DNA of 18,295 nucleotides from a virus (Duplodnaviria; Heunggongvirae; Uroviricota; Caudoviricetes): IMG/VR virus record IMGVR_UViG_2737471838_000005; one strand, 5' to 3'. Shown piece by piece: positions 1 to 9,623 of this stretch (position 1 is its first letter; each line of letters starts with the position of its first letter). The notes under the pieces were generated by a model. It saw only the letters and a program-made list of their open reading frames with translations, ran no database searches and was not told where the DNA came from. The position numbers and the translations under genes were made by a program.

Positions 1-576
1 CTACGGCAGTGCTGGCCATTCAATATCCTGTGAAGTTGACGTATCAACACGGTTCAGCAATACCCGATACTTTTTCCATGCTTCCAGCAACGAGATTTCT
101 TCCTCCGTTGCAATTTCCAGATCTGCAGCATCCTGAAGCGGCGCAATATGCTCACTGGCTACCTGCATCAGGTTGTTTTTTATTTCTTCCGCCTCCCGGA
201 TCCGGAACAGTTTTTCTGCTTCCGTATCCTTCACCCAGGCTGTGCCGTTCCACTTCTGAAACTCTCCTTCCGGCGATAACCAGGTAACATTTTCCGGTAA
301 CGGACCGAGTTCAGAAATAAATAACGCGTCGCCGGAAGCCACGTCATAAACCGTTTTACCCCGATGATCTTCAACGAGATGCCACGATGACTCATCACTG
401 TTGAAAACAGCCACGAAGCCTGCCGGAATATCTGGCGGTGCAATATCGGTACTGTTTGCTGGCAGACCTGTATGAGGCGGAATATATGCATCACCTTCAC
501 CAATAAATTCATTAGTTCCGGCCAGCAGATTATAAATTTTTATGGTCCGTGGTTGTTCACTCATTCTGAATGCCAT
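1..576 (-). CDS. tfaQ: Tail fibre assembly protein (Tfa family), 191 aa
   Basis: Complete ORF, stop at 1-3. N-terminus [24 protein letters not shown] is typical of lambda Tfa / TfaE / TfaR family. Start codon abuts the stop of the upstream tail-fibre ORF. Symbol inferred from Qin-like context. Confidence 0.8.
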   Translation of the reverse strand: MAFRMSEQPRTIKIYNLLAGTNEFIGEGDAYIPPHTGLPANSTDIAPPDIPAGFVAVFNSDESSWHLVEDHRGKTVYDVASGDALFISELGPLPENVTWLSPEGEFQKWNGTAWVKDTEAEKLFRIREAEEIKNNLMQVASEHIAPLQDAADLEIATEEEISLLEAWKKYRVLLNRVDTSTSQDIEWPALP

Positions 577-1502
577 TATGCAAGCCTCACAATATAGTTA
601 AATGCGATGTTTTTGACGGTGTTTTCCGCGTTACCAGCAGCGTTAACGGTGATGGTGTGTCCATGTGAACCAATCGCAACGGAGTGCGTATGAGCACCAA
701 TACCGACAGTATGCGCGTGTGCACCTGCAGATGCTGCTGTGCCGGACAGTGAGTGGCTATGATTACCATCTGTACTGGTATTAGCTAACCACCCCGTAGA
801 CATACCTACTGAGCCTTGTACACCCCAGGTATTTTGACCTGAGCTTGTATAACCATATTGATAAGTATCTTTAAAAACACTGGGGTTAAATCGACGGCCA
901 TCTCTATGGCTGTGATTACCAGCTGCATTCGTGCTGCCACTTAAACTATGGGTATGCGCACCAGTGTTATTCGTGGATTTAGTGCCGTAATCAAACGACG
1001 ATGTGGTTTTCGTCCCCAAATCCGTACTGGATGCGCTGGCGCTGTGGGTATGCGATTTAATGCCGTCCTGTTCCTGAGACAATACGGCCCGACCACTGGC
1101 AGGTTTGCCCTTAATCGTCCAGCCACGCATATCAGGGATCACGCCTGACGGATAAGCCGCTGCAAGTTTCGGGTATGCAGATTTGTCAAAAGCCTGCCCC
1201 TGCATCAGGGCATAACCAGACGGAACGGTATCTGATGGCCACGGGATTGGTGCGCCGACTGGGTAGCTTTCTGGTGGAAGATTTTTCGAGGTATAAACTT
1301 CTGCCCAGTCTTCCTCAAAACCATAGCCATCTCTTGAGGAACGGTAGAACAGACCTCCATTTCTGTAATGTGCCTTCATCTGCAAGGTCCGGCAACTTCC
1401 GACTCCGGTATAGAAGTTAACCAGAATATAGGTGTCGCCAGAGCGGGTGCCCGTTCCATACCGGCATACAGCGCATCGCCGAGCAGAAATCACTGAGAAC
1501 AT
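576..1502 (-). CDS. stfQ: Side tail fibre protein, C-terminal portion (His-rich HxH repeat domain)
   Basis: C-terminal ~260 aa carry repeated HTHS/HSHS/HAHT motifs and the ...[11 protein letters not shown] end typical of lambdoid Stf C-termini. The first ~40 codons of the ORF ([16 protein letters not shown]...) look like out-of-frame read-in, so the true N-terminus is missing or fused. Confidence 0.6.
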   Translation of the reverse strand: MFSVISARRCAVCRYGTGTRSGDTYILVNFYTGVGSCRTLQMKAHYRNGGLFYRSSRDGYGFEEDWAEVYTSKNLPPESYPVGAPIPWPSDTVPSGYALMQGQAFDKSAYPKLAAAYPSGVIPDMRGWTIKGKPASGRAVLSQEQDGIKSHTHSASASSTDLGTKTTSSFDYGTKSTNNTGAHTHSLSGSTNAAGNHSHRDGRRFNPSVFKDTYQYGYTSSGQNTWGVQGSVGMSTGWLANTSTDGNHSHSLSGTAASAGAHAHTVGIGAHTHSVAIGSHGHTITVNAAGNAENTVKNIAFNYIVRLA

Positions 1503-2316
1503 CCCACGCCTTGCGCTGTGTGGTCAGGTAGGCATTACAGGTGATGCGCGGCTCCGTGCCACCAAAGCCATCCGGCACCGACTGGTCGCAATTCTGGCCG
1601 ATGACATACAGCGCCCATTTGTCCACATCCGCCGCACCGAGACGCTTCCCCATGCCGTAGCGCGGATGGGTCAGCATATCCCACAGACACCAGGCCATGT
1701 TGTTGCTGTATGCTGGCTTAAACGTTCCGTCCCAGATACCGCTGTATTGCCGCGTCTGCGGGTTATAGTTCGACGGCACCTGCAGAATGCGCCCGCGAAG
1801 ATGATAATTACGGCTCACCTGCTGGCTGCCGAACTGTTCCGAGTCCACCTGCACGCCGACCAGTGCCGTGTTCGGGTAGCACTGTTTCACATCGATGATT
1901 TCGGTGTATGACGACCAGAGCGTTTTGTTCTGCAGCTGGTCTGTGGTGCTGTCCGGCGTCATTCTGCGCATCCGGATATTAAACGGGCGCGGCGGCAGGT
2001 TATCCACCACCACCGAGGCCAGATACTGCGAGGTGGTTTTGCCCTTAATGGTGATGTCTTTTTCCGTCACCCAGCCACCATTACGCTGTATCTGAACCAG
2101 CAGGCGAACTTCCGACGGATTCCGGTCCCCCTTTGAGGTGGTTTCCACCAGTGCCTGCACACCGAAGGTAAAGCGCAGTCGGTCGATGTTTGCCGACGTG
2201 ATGGCGCGGGTGATCGGCGTGTCGTATTTCACTTCCGTACCCAACACCGTCTCGGAGCCGGAGGATTCAAATCCCTCCGGCGGAGTCTGCTCCTGCTCAC
2301 CAGCCCGGAACACCAC
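1417..2316 (-). pseudogene. Internal fragment of lambda J-like tail tip / host-specificity protein
   Basis: Translation contains [73 protein letters not shown], which I recognise as the central region of lambda J. It lacks both J termini and overlaps the Nu1 remnant and the stf ORF in other frames. Confidence 0.75.
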
Positions 2317-2738
2317 CGTGACACCGGCGATGTTGGTATTCCCATCCCGTCGAGAATACTGGCAATTTCACCTGCGATCCGCGACAGCACGAAAGTACAG
2401 AATGCGGTTTCCACCACTTCAGCGGAGTCTCTGGCATTTTTCAGCTCCTGTGCGTCGGCCTGCGCACGCGTAAGTCGATGGCGTTCGTACTCAATAGTCC
2501 CTGGCTGGAGATCTGTCTCGCTGGCCTGCCGCAGTTCTTCAACTTCCCGGCGCAGCTTTTCGTTCTCAATTTCAGCATCCCTTTCGGCATACCATCTTAT
2601 AACGGCGGCAGAGTCATAAAGCACCTCATTACCCTTGCCACCGCCTCGCAGAACGGGCATTCCCTGTTCCTGCCAGTTCTGAATGGTACGGATACTCGCA
2701 CCGAAAATGTCAGCCAGCTGCTTTTTGTTGACTTCCAT
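2229..2738 (-). pseudogene. nohQ: Nu1-like terminase small subunit remnant (N-terminal ~130 aa intact, C-terminus replaced by out-of-frame sequence)
   Basis: MEVNKKQLADIFGASIRTIQNWQEQGMPVLRGGGKGNEVLYDSAAVI... matches lambda Nu1 (winged-helix DNA-binding N-terminus). The tail ...MGIPTSPVSRWCSGLVSRSRLRRRDL is unrelated and overlaps the J fragment. No terminase large subunit follows. Confidence 0.8.
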
Positions 2739-2755
2739 TGTTCATTCCACGGCCA

Positions 2756-2915
2756 AAAACAGAGAAAGGAAACGACAGAGGCCCAAAAGCTCGTTTTCAG
2801 CACCTGTCGTTTCCTTTCTTTTCAGGGGGTATTTTAAATAAAAACATTAAGTTACGACGAAGAAGAACGGAAATGCCTTAAACCGGAAAATTTTCATAAA
2901 TAGCGAAAACCCGCG
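2756..2915 (-). promoter_or_regulatory. cosB-like region with inverted R elements (terminase small-subunit binding sites)
   Basis: gagaaaggaaacgacag (2762-2778) and ctgtcgtttcctttctt (2804-2820) form an inverted pair of the GTCGTTTCCTTTCT motif, as in lambda cosB R3/R2, lying between cosN and the Nu1 start. Confidence 0.6.
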
Positions 2916-2927
2916 AGGTCGCCGCCC
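2916..2927 (-). other. cosN 12-nt cohesive-end sequence (GGGCGGCGACCT on minus strand)
   Basis: Plus strand aggtcgccgccc is the reverse complement of the lambda cohesive end GGGCGGCGACCT. Flanking sequence (CGCGGGTTTTCGCTATTTATGAAAATTTTCCGGTTTAAGGC on minus) matches the lambda left end as I remember it. Confidence 0.75.
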
Positions 2928-3126
2928 CGTAACCTGTCGGATCGCCGGAAAGGACCCGCAAAATGATAATAATTATCATCTGCATGTCACAACGTGCATC
3001 TACGCCATCAAACCACGTCAAATAATCAATTATGACGCAGATATCGTATTAATTGATCTGCATCAACTTAACGTAAAAACAACTTCAGACAATACAAATC
3101 AGCGACACTGAATACGGGACAACCTC

Positions 3127-3360
3127 ATGTCAACGAAGAACAGAACCCGCAGAACAACAACCCGCAACATCCGCTTTCCTAACCAAATGATTGAACAAAT
3201 TAACATCGCTCTTGAGCAAAAAGGGTCCGGGAATTTCTCAGCCTGGGTCATTGAAGCCTGCCGCCGGAGACTGTGCTCAGAAAAAAGAGTTTCTTCTGAA
3301 GCAAACAAAGAAAAGAGTGACATTACTGAATTGCTCAGAAAACAGGTCAGACCAGATTGA
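3127..3360 (+). CDS. ynfO: Small basic protein, 77 aa, lambda right-end ORF homologue
   Basis: ORF of 77 aa (MSTKNRTRRTTTRNIRF...) immediately distal to cos. Position and length fit ynfO of Qin. Weak RBS. Confidence 0.55.
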   Translation: MSTKNRTRRTTTRNIRFPNQMIEQINIALEQKGSGNFSAWVIEACRRRLCSEKRVSSEANKEKSDITELLRKQVRPD

Positions 3361-3417
3361 AGCAATTTAGATAATCGTGCAGACTACGCCCCCTCATATC
3401 ACATGGAAGGTTTATCT

Positions 3418-3828
3418 ATGGATCAGGTAGTCATTTTTAAACAAATATTTGATAAAGTTCGAAACGATTTAAACTATCAATGGTTTTATTCTGAGCTAAA
3501 ACGTCACAATGTCTCACATTACATTTACTATTTAGCCACAGAGAATGTTCATATTGTATTAAAAAATGATAATACAGTGTTATTAAAGGGCCTAAAAAAC
3601 ATTGTGTCTGTCAAATTTTCAAAGGATAGGCATCTTATAGAAACGACCTCTAATAAGCTGAAATCCAGAGAGATCACATTTCAGGAATACAGAAGAAACC
3701 TTGCTAAAGCAGGAGTTTTTCGGTGGGTTACAAATATCCACGAACAAAAAAGATATTACTATACCTTTGATAATTCATTACTATTTACTGAAAGCATCCA
3801 GAAAACTACACAGATCTTACCACGCTAA
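3418..3828 (+). CDS. ydfO: DUF1398-like prophage protein, 136 aa
   Basis: ORF with GGAAGG 7 nt upstream of ATG at 3418 ([11 protein letters not shown]...). The longer 141-aa form would start at 3403. Size and position fit ydfO. Confidence 0.6.
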
Positions 3829-3979
3829 ACCATAACGTCCGGCTTCTCTCACTCCTGAGCCGGACTGCATTGGTTTAATAAAAACCATCAACAATTGTGA
3901 TTTAGATATTCGGAACCATTCAAATATAACAAAACCCCGTAAAAACGAGGTTTATGGATAAATTTTATTATTGAATACA

Positions 3980-4153
3980 TCAGATTAAATTAATCTTGAC
4001 ATCATAGCTTTCAAGACCCGTCATTTTTTCCCGTGCGGTAAACTGAATACTGGTAACTTCTTTCCCGGTCTTTTTCTTAAGTTCAATAATTTTTTTTGTT
4101 ATATATTCAGAAATATCTGCTTCTGCTTTTGTTTTTAAGTTTTCAATATTCAT
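3980..4153 (-). CDS. gnsB: GnsA/GnsB family small protein, 57 aa
   Basis: Hand-translated: MNIENLKTKAEADISEYITKKIIELKKKTGKEVTSIQFTAREKMTGLESYDVKINLI. GAGG 5 nt upstream of the ATG at 4153. Below the length cut-off of the supplied ORF track. Confidence 0.7.
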   Translation of the reverse strand: MNIENLKTKAEADISEYITKKIIELKKKTGKEVTSIQFTAREKMTGLESYDVKINLI

Positions 4154-4324
4154 CATTTCCTCTTTTAGTCTGTTATGACTTTCCAGTTACACAGTAAGTC
4201 GATTATATGATGCAAACGTGTAAAAGATAAGATGAAACATCGCAATAATCAACATACGATAGTCTAAATTTTACACAAACAGACAAAGAGAATTTTCCTG
4301 AATTATCAATGCAATAGCATCAAA

Positions 4325-4555
4325 TCAACTCAAGAGCCTTATTGCTGCTTCCAGAATTTCTTCTGAAGTAACATGTCGATCCGCGGCTACATAAATGACT
4401 TTATGATCTCCGGTCAGAGATGGAAACCCTGCGGCCATTACAGTAAGGTGTGTTTTTTCGCCATTTGGATATTCACGCATGATGGTGTTAACTCCAGTCA
4501 TCGCTGGCACTACCACTGCTGGTTCAGAGTTAAAAAAAACTATGATTTTTTTCAT
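4325..4555 (-). CDS. ynfN: Small hypothetical protein, 76 aa from ATG at 4555 (C-terminal 51 aa from internal Met)
   Basis: ORF MKKIIVFFNSEPAVVVPAMTGVNTIMREYPNGEKTHL... The C-terminal 51 aa (MREYPNGEKT...) equal the length I recall for K-12 YnfN. Start ambiguous (TTG 4597, ATG 4555 or ATG 4477). No strong RBS. Confidence 0.45.
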   Translation of the reverse strand: MKKIIVFFNSEPAVVVPAMTGVNTIMREYPNGEKTHLTVMAAGFPSLTGDHKVIYVAADRHVTSEEILEAAIRLLS

Positions 4556-4600
4556 GATGTTACCGTAGTATGTGAGTATCCATCGAATAGACACCAAGCC

Positions 4601-4619
4601 AAAAAGCTCCCGAAGGAGC
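4601..4619 (-). terminator. Putative Rho-independent terminator (GGCTCC-TTCG-GGAGC + T5 on minus strand)
   Basis: Hairpin gctcc/cgaa/ggagc followed on the minus strand by TTTTT. About 210 nt downstream of the cspI stop. Confidence 0.45.
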
Positions 4620-4826
4620 CTTCATTTTCACTTTTTTAAATCCAACGACAGACGGCTGGCATTTAAGTATTGTGAAATATTATCAAATGTAATCATCATT
4701 GATTTACAAAAGATACATTTTGCCCCGAAAGGATTCATGTCAGAAACATCAAAAGATGATGTTCTATACTGGGAACCATGACAACACGGGCATCTAAAGT
4801 GAATATGGTTTGTAATATTGTCTACC

Positions 4827-5039
4827 TCAAAGCGCCACTACATGAACAGCGGCAGGACCTTTAGGTCCGTTCTCAATACCAAATTCAACTTCCTGATTCT
4901 CAGTTAATGTTTTGAAATCGTTGCTCTGAATTGCTGAGAAATGGACAAACACATCTTTGCTGCCATCTTTCGGCGTGATGAAACCAAAACCTTTTTCAGG
5001 GTTAAACCATTTCACTAAACCAGTCATTTTGTTAGACAT
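4827..5039 (-). CDS. cspI: Cold-shock protein, CspA family, 70 aa
   Basis: [38 protein letters not shown]... carries the RNP1 (KGFGFI) and RNP2 (VFVHF) motifs. A long upstream leader is expected for a cold-shock gene. Confidence 0.9.
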   Translation of the reverse strand: MSNKMTGLVKWFNPEKGFGFITPKDGSKDVFVHFSAIQSNDFKTLTENQEVEFGIENGPKGPAAVHVVAL

Positions 5040-5401
5040 AATTATTACCTTTTGAAGAAATTAGCCCTTGGGCAGAATGGTCCGAAAAAAAATATCAGAG
5101 AGAAAAACCAACAAGGAAATCTCAAGAGGTACAAATAATAAAATTATAACAATGACTGCTTCAGATAAATTTGTAACAAACCAGAACACCATTAACGCAT
5201 GATTAACCACCCATAGCAAGGATTACTTTTGTAAAGAAAAACACAGCAATGAAAGAATAGCTTTATTTATTAATAAAACGTGTCATTCTGATTAAGACCT
5301 TTTATCTTACCCTTAAGATTTCAGGAATTTTGGCTCATGGAAGAGTCCTTTTTATTTAAATTTTACATTCCGCGATGTAAATGTTCCGATTTAATATTAC
5401 C

Positions 5402-6425
<1,024 letters not shown>

Positions 6426-6429
<4 letters not shown>

Positions 6430-6737
6430 AGATATTTATGATGAGGACGCTCGTGCTTATTGGCAGGATTTTCAATCTTAAAGGAGTACTGATGCTGCAG
6501 ATAAGACTCAACTTTTTCTGACAATTTTTCTGCTACTTCCAGGAAGACTTGCCGGACGCTCCTTCTGGCTGCTGCCTCATAAAACTCCAGCGCAGCTCCT
6601 TCAACACGGTCCATGGCGACATCCAGGTCAAAAATTTCACCGTCAAAGCGTTCTTTGTCCTGTAAGGCTACAGTTACCGTAACTTTATTCTCAAAATTAC
6701 GGACTCCTTTCACAACCAGTTCATAGTCTTGAGTCAT
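6426..6737 (-). CDS. ydfR: Prophage protein of unknown function, 103 aa
   Basis: ORF inserted between holin and endolysin. Overlaps rrrQ start by 4 nt. Position fits ydfR. Confidence 0.55.
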
Positions 6738-6741
6738 TGGA

Positions 6742-6957
6742 TTACTCTCCTCTCGCAGCCTTACGCCTGTCTTCTTTAATCTTGAAATAAAGATTTGTCA
6801 GATACGTCAGCAGGCCAAAAACCAGGCTACCCAGCACACCGATTGCAGCCCACTGTGACGGAGTTACTTTATCGAGTAACTGCAATGCCCAGAAACCAGC
6901 ATTACCCGCCGATGTGCCATAGGCAACACCTGTTGTTAACTTATCCATTGATTTCAT
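6742..6957 (-). CDS. essQ: Class II holin (phage 21 S-like) with dual-start motif, 71/68 aa
   Basis: [71 protein letters not shown] has two TM segments and a charged C-terminus. Met-Lys-Ser-Met dual start. GGTGAGGA upstream of ATG 6957. The 96-aa track ORF has an unlikely upstream extension. Confidence 0.8.
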   Translation of the reverse strand: MKSMDKLTTGVAYGTSAGNAGFWALQLLDKVTPSQWAAIGVLGSLVFGLLTYLTNLYFKIKEDRRKAARGE

Positions 6958-7175
6958 ATCCTCACCCCGATGTACACGGATGGTGCAATATGTTTGAAAA
7001 GATCGGAGTCTACGGGGTAGTTTTGACAGCACACGTTGTTCTCAACGGCGCTAAAAAACATACACATTAAAAATGTGGGTAATTATTTTGAAAGAAAATC
7101 ATATATAAAATAATAATACGAGAAATGTTTTCATATTTAGTGTACTGTATACGGCCATTTATACAGGAAATGCCT

Positions 7176-7346
7176 ATGTCAGAACGTAAAGACTCAAAAT
7201 CACGCCGTAATTATCTCGTTAAATGTTCCTGCCCAAACTGCACCCAAGAGTCAGAACACAGTTTTTCAAGAGTACAAAAAGGTGCCCTTTTGATCTGCCC
7301 TCATTGCAACAAAGTATTCCAGACAAATCTTAAAGCTGTAGCCTGA
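7176..7346 (+). CDS. ynfU: Small zinc-ribbon protein, 56 aa (CxCxxC...CxxC)
   Basis: MSERKDSKSRRNYLVKCSCPNCTQESEHSFSRVQKGALLICPHCNKVFQTNLKAVA. AGGAAA 7 nt upstream of ATG 7176. Opposite strand to the late operon. Symbol from memory of a Qin zinc-binding small protein, uncertain. Confidence 0.5.
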   Translation: MSERKDSKSRRNYLVKCSCPNCTQESEHSFSRVQKGALLICPHCNKVFQTNLKAVA

Positions 7347-7401
7347 TTGATTTTATTAGTAACAAGTATTTTTTATATTTTAATAATATATTTAAAGCAG
7401 A

Positions 7402-7430
7402 TAATAAAAAACCCGCCTGAGCGGGTTTGA
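7402..7430. terminator. Bidirectional Rho-independent terminator (AACCCGC-CTGA-GCGGGTT)
   Basis: Perfect 7-bp GC-rich stem flanked by A7 on the plus side (T-run on minus strand) and TTTGAGATT after it. Downstream of cspB (minus) and of ynfU (plus). Confidence 0.7.
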
Positions 7431-7709
7431 GATTGTGGTGCTTTTTGTGGGAGTCATCCACTTACGCACTTTGTTTTGCGATGCCAGCAGTTAGCTTCTG
7501 CTGTGAAACTATTCATGCAGCAAACCTGCACTTCACCACAATGGTTAGCATACTTTTCCTGATTAAGATTTTGCCAAATATGCTGGCCATTGTTTCATGT
7601 ATTGGACCTCCTTACTTTTTATTAAAGAGATCCAATATTCACTACTCTGTCCGTATCTCTACTCAGGCATCAGCCTTCTTCGTTATCGTATACAGACGAG
7701 CGATGAATT

Positions 7710-7925
7710 TTAATCAGTAATGATGACATTTACTGCTGCAGGACCTTTAGCACCACTCTCTATAGAGAAGGTAACCTTTTGACCTTCAAATAAGGTTCGA
7801 TAATTATCATTCTGAATCGCAGAAAAATGCACAAACACATCTTTACTACCATCAACAGGAGAAATAAAGCCGAAACCTTTATCAGCGTTAAACCATTTTA
7901 CTAAACCAGTCATTTTATTTGACAT
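7710..7925 (-). CDS. cspB: Cold-shock protein, CspA family, 71 aa
   Basis: [71 protein letters not shown] with RNP motifs. Divergent from cspF. Confidence 0.9.
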   Translation of the reverse strand: MSNKMTGLVKWFNADKGFGFISPVDGSKDVFVHFSAIQNDNYRTLFEGQKVTFSIESGAKGPAAVNVIITD

Positions 7926-8235
7926 TCTACATTCCTTAACTTGAGCCTTTCGGCATAAATGGTTTGCATAACAGAAACGACTTCGTACTTAATTGGAGAG
8001 ACTCAAAGAAGGAATAAGTGAATAACACCTGAAATGAGAACTGCTTTAGTAAACTACTTCGTATATCGTCTGTTCTTCAAACCGACGCAGTCATTAACTC
8101 ATAGTTGAACATATGAAGCAATGTTTATTTTAGACATCCAGCCACCTTCAATCCTATCAAAAAAGTAGTTTTCTCCAGGAACGTGTGTATGGTGCACCAG
8201 GTTATCAGTATTAAGGAGTTTTTCTGTCCCCTAAA

Positions 8236-8436
8236 ATGACAGGAATTGTCAAAAACTTTGACGGCAAAAGCGGCAAGGGTCTTATCACCCCATCCGATGG
8301 TCGTATCGATGTCCAGCTTCATGTTTCAGCGCTCAATCTCCGCGATGCAGAAGAAATTACCACCGGATTACGCGTGGAATTTTACCGGATAAATGGTCTG
8401 CGTGGCCCTTCAGCTGCCAATGTTTACCTTTCATGA
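8236..8436 (+). CDS. cspF: Cold-shock-domain protein (CspF/CspH-like), 66 aa from first ATG
   Basis: [66 protein letters not shown], a divergent CSD lacking the canonical aromatic RNP residues as in CspF/H. See finding on the start codon. Confidence 0.75.
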   Translation: MTGIVKNFDGKSGKGLITPSDGRIDVQLHVSALNLRDAEEITTGLRVEFYRINGLRGPSAANVYLS

Positions 8437-8490
8437 GCTATATTAAAGCTTTAATTTCAGGCCCCATCGGATCACACATGGAGAGTTTTT

Positions 8491-8580
8491 ATGAATAACC
8501 CCGTCTGTCTTGATGACTGGTTGATTGGCTTTAAAATCTTATGCTGTACTTTGGCCGTAATAGCTCTGCTAATAATATAA
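8491..8580 (+). CDS. Candidate small hydrophobic peptide, 29 aa
   Basis: Hand-translated [29 protein letters not shown] with GGAGAG 5 nt upstream of the ATG. Below track cut-off. Unverified. Confidence 0.3.
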   Translation: MNNPVCLDDWLIGFKILCCTLAVIALLII

Positions 8581-8721
8581 TAAGCAGACTCATTGTGTTT
8601 AGGGACATTGTACTGGAAGAAAACATTTTAAACATCAGGCAAATAACCAAGTCACCAGCTAAATAATAAGTTAACAGACATGAGTCCCGGGATGAGATTC
8701 AACATTACCATTGCCCCATTT

Positions 8722-8762
8722 AAAGCACAAAACCCGCTCATCAGCGGGTTTTCTACTTTTTC
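8722..8762. terminator. Bidirectional Rho-independent terminator; tR'-like for the late promoter on the minus strand
   Basis: AACCCGC-TCATCA-GCGGGTT stem with T-runs on both sides (minus: TTTTGTGCTTT; plus: TTCTACTTTTTC). About 40 nt downstream of the predicted late-promoter start. Confidence 0.7.
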
Positions 8763-8797
8763 TTAACGTCGGGTATACAAAGCCCATCGTTGAAAAA

Positions 8798-8826
8798 ATT
8801 TTATCCATATTTTTTGAAAAATGCAA
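8798..8826 (-). promoter_or_regulatory. Late promoter pR'-like sigma-70 promoter (TTGCAT - 17 nt - TAAAAT)
   Basis: On the minus strand: -35 TTGCAT (8821-8826), 17-nt spacer, -10 TAAAAT (8798-8803), immediately downstream of the Q gene stop and followed by a terminator. Confidence 0.6.
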
Positions 8827-8857
8827 ACATCATGTCGCCATCTTCAGCAAAAATCAT

Positions 8858-9610
8858 TTATCTCGTCACCTTCCTCAATTGCGCTTCCGCGTATGCTTCT
8901 TCCTGCCAGCACTTTGTTACCAGTTTACCAATGACGTCCGCATACCCCTTATACCACTGATAATCGGTCAGGTCTGGTACCAGCTTCTGGACATGACGTC
9001 GTGCCAGCGTGGTCGGTAAACGACTAAACCGGTTTCCATTACAACGCCCACAAATCTTATATACCGGTACGCCATGAAACCGGGTTCTTTTTTCATCCAG
9101 AACAATCCCTTTACCCTTACACCCTCTGCACGCTGTGCTGGCTTCGCCCTTACCATGGCAATGCTGACATAGTTCCTTCACCCATTCTTCCTTGATTACA
9201 GATTCCCCGCGTCTGTAGTGTTTCACCACTTCGCGCAATACATTATAAAATCCCGTACCTGAACAATGCTCACAGCGAGCCTTACTTGCCGCAGACCTGG
9301 AGTAATCAGCAAAGGCAAAACTCACGAGGTAAGGAATAATCTGTAACCGGATTTCTTCACTCAATTTGTTCAATGTCGGGTTATCCAGTGCCATCGCGTA
9401 ATTTAGCAGGCCTTCAATCGCAAACTGAGGGTCCTGAACACCAACTTTTGCCAGAAATAAGGCCAACCCAAGTGGTGCTTTCGACTGCACCATCCCCTGC
9501 GCTGCCATTACATCCGTAATTGTTAAACAACCGGTGCCTGTCGCTGGAGCGTCATCGCTCAATTTTGGAGATTTTGGGGAGTAATATTTTGGTAAGGCTT
9601 CAAGGTTCAT
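8858..9610 (-). CDS. quuQ: Late-gene antitermination protein Q homologue, 250 aa
   Basis: Cys/His-rich zinc-binding core (CEHCSGTG...CQHCHGKGE...CRGCKGKG...CGRCNGN). GGAGAA 5 nt upstream of ATG 9610. Lies directly upstream of the promoter/terminator pair, as Q does in lambdoid phages. Confidence 0.8.
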   Translation of the reverse strand: MNLEALPKYYSPKSPKLSDDAPATGTGCLTITDVMAAQGMVQSKAPLGLALFLAKVGVQDPQFAIEGLLNYAMALDNPTLNKLSEEIRLQIIPYLVSFAFADYSRSAASKARCEHCSGTGFYNVLREVVKHYRRGESVIKEEWVKELCQHCHGKGEASTACRGCKGKGIVLDEKRTRFHGVPVYKICGRCNGNRFSRLPTTLARRHVQKLVPDLTDYQWYKGYADVIGKLVTKCWQEEAYAEAQLRKVTR

Positions 9611-9623
9611 GCTCGTTCTCCAC

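Noticed and set aside
1432-1911. 159-aa plus-strand ORF
   Set aside because: Lies antisense inside the J-like fragment, Arg/Ala/His-rich, no RBS. Typical antisense shadow of a coding region.
4373-4781. Plus-strand ORFs of 88 and 69 aa
   Set aside because: They overlap ynfN antisense or run through a terminator hairpin, have no RBS and have low-complexity composition. The minus-strand reading is more plausible.
7427-7720. 97-aa plus-strand ORF
   Set aside because: Starts inside the terminator hairpin and spans the cspB 3' region. No RBS. The minus-strand mini-ORF with a perfect SD is a better candidate for function in this interval.
8125-8322. 65-aa minus-strand ORF
   Set aside because: Overlaps the cspF start and 5' region antisense. 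Lies in the cspB-cspF divergent regulatory region. No RBS.
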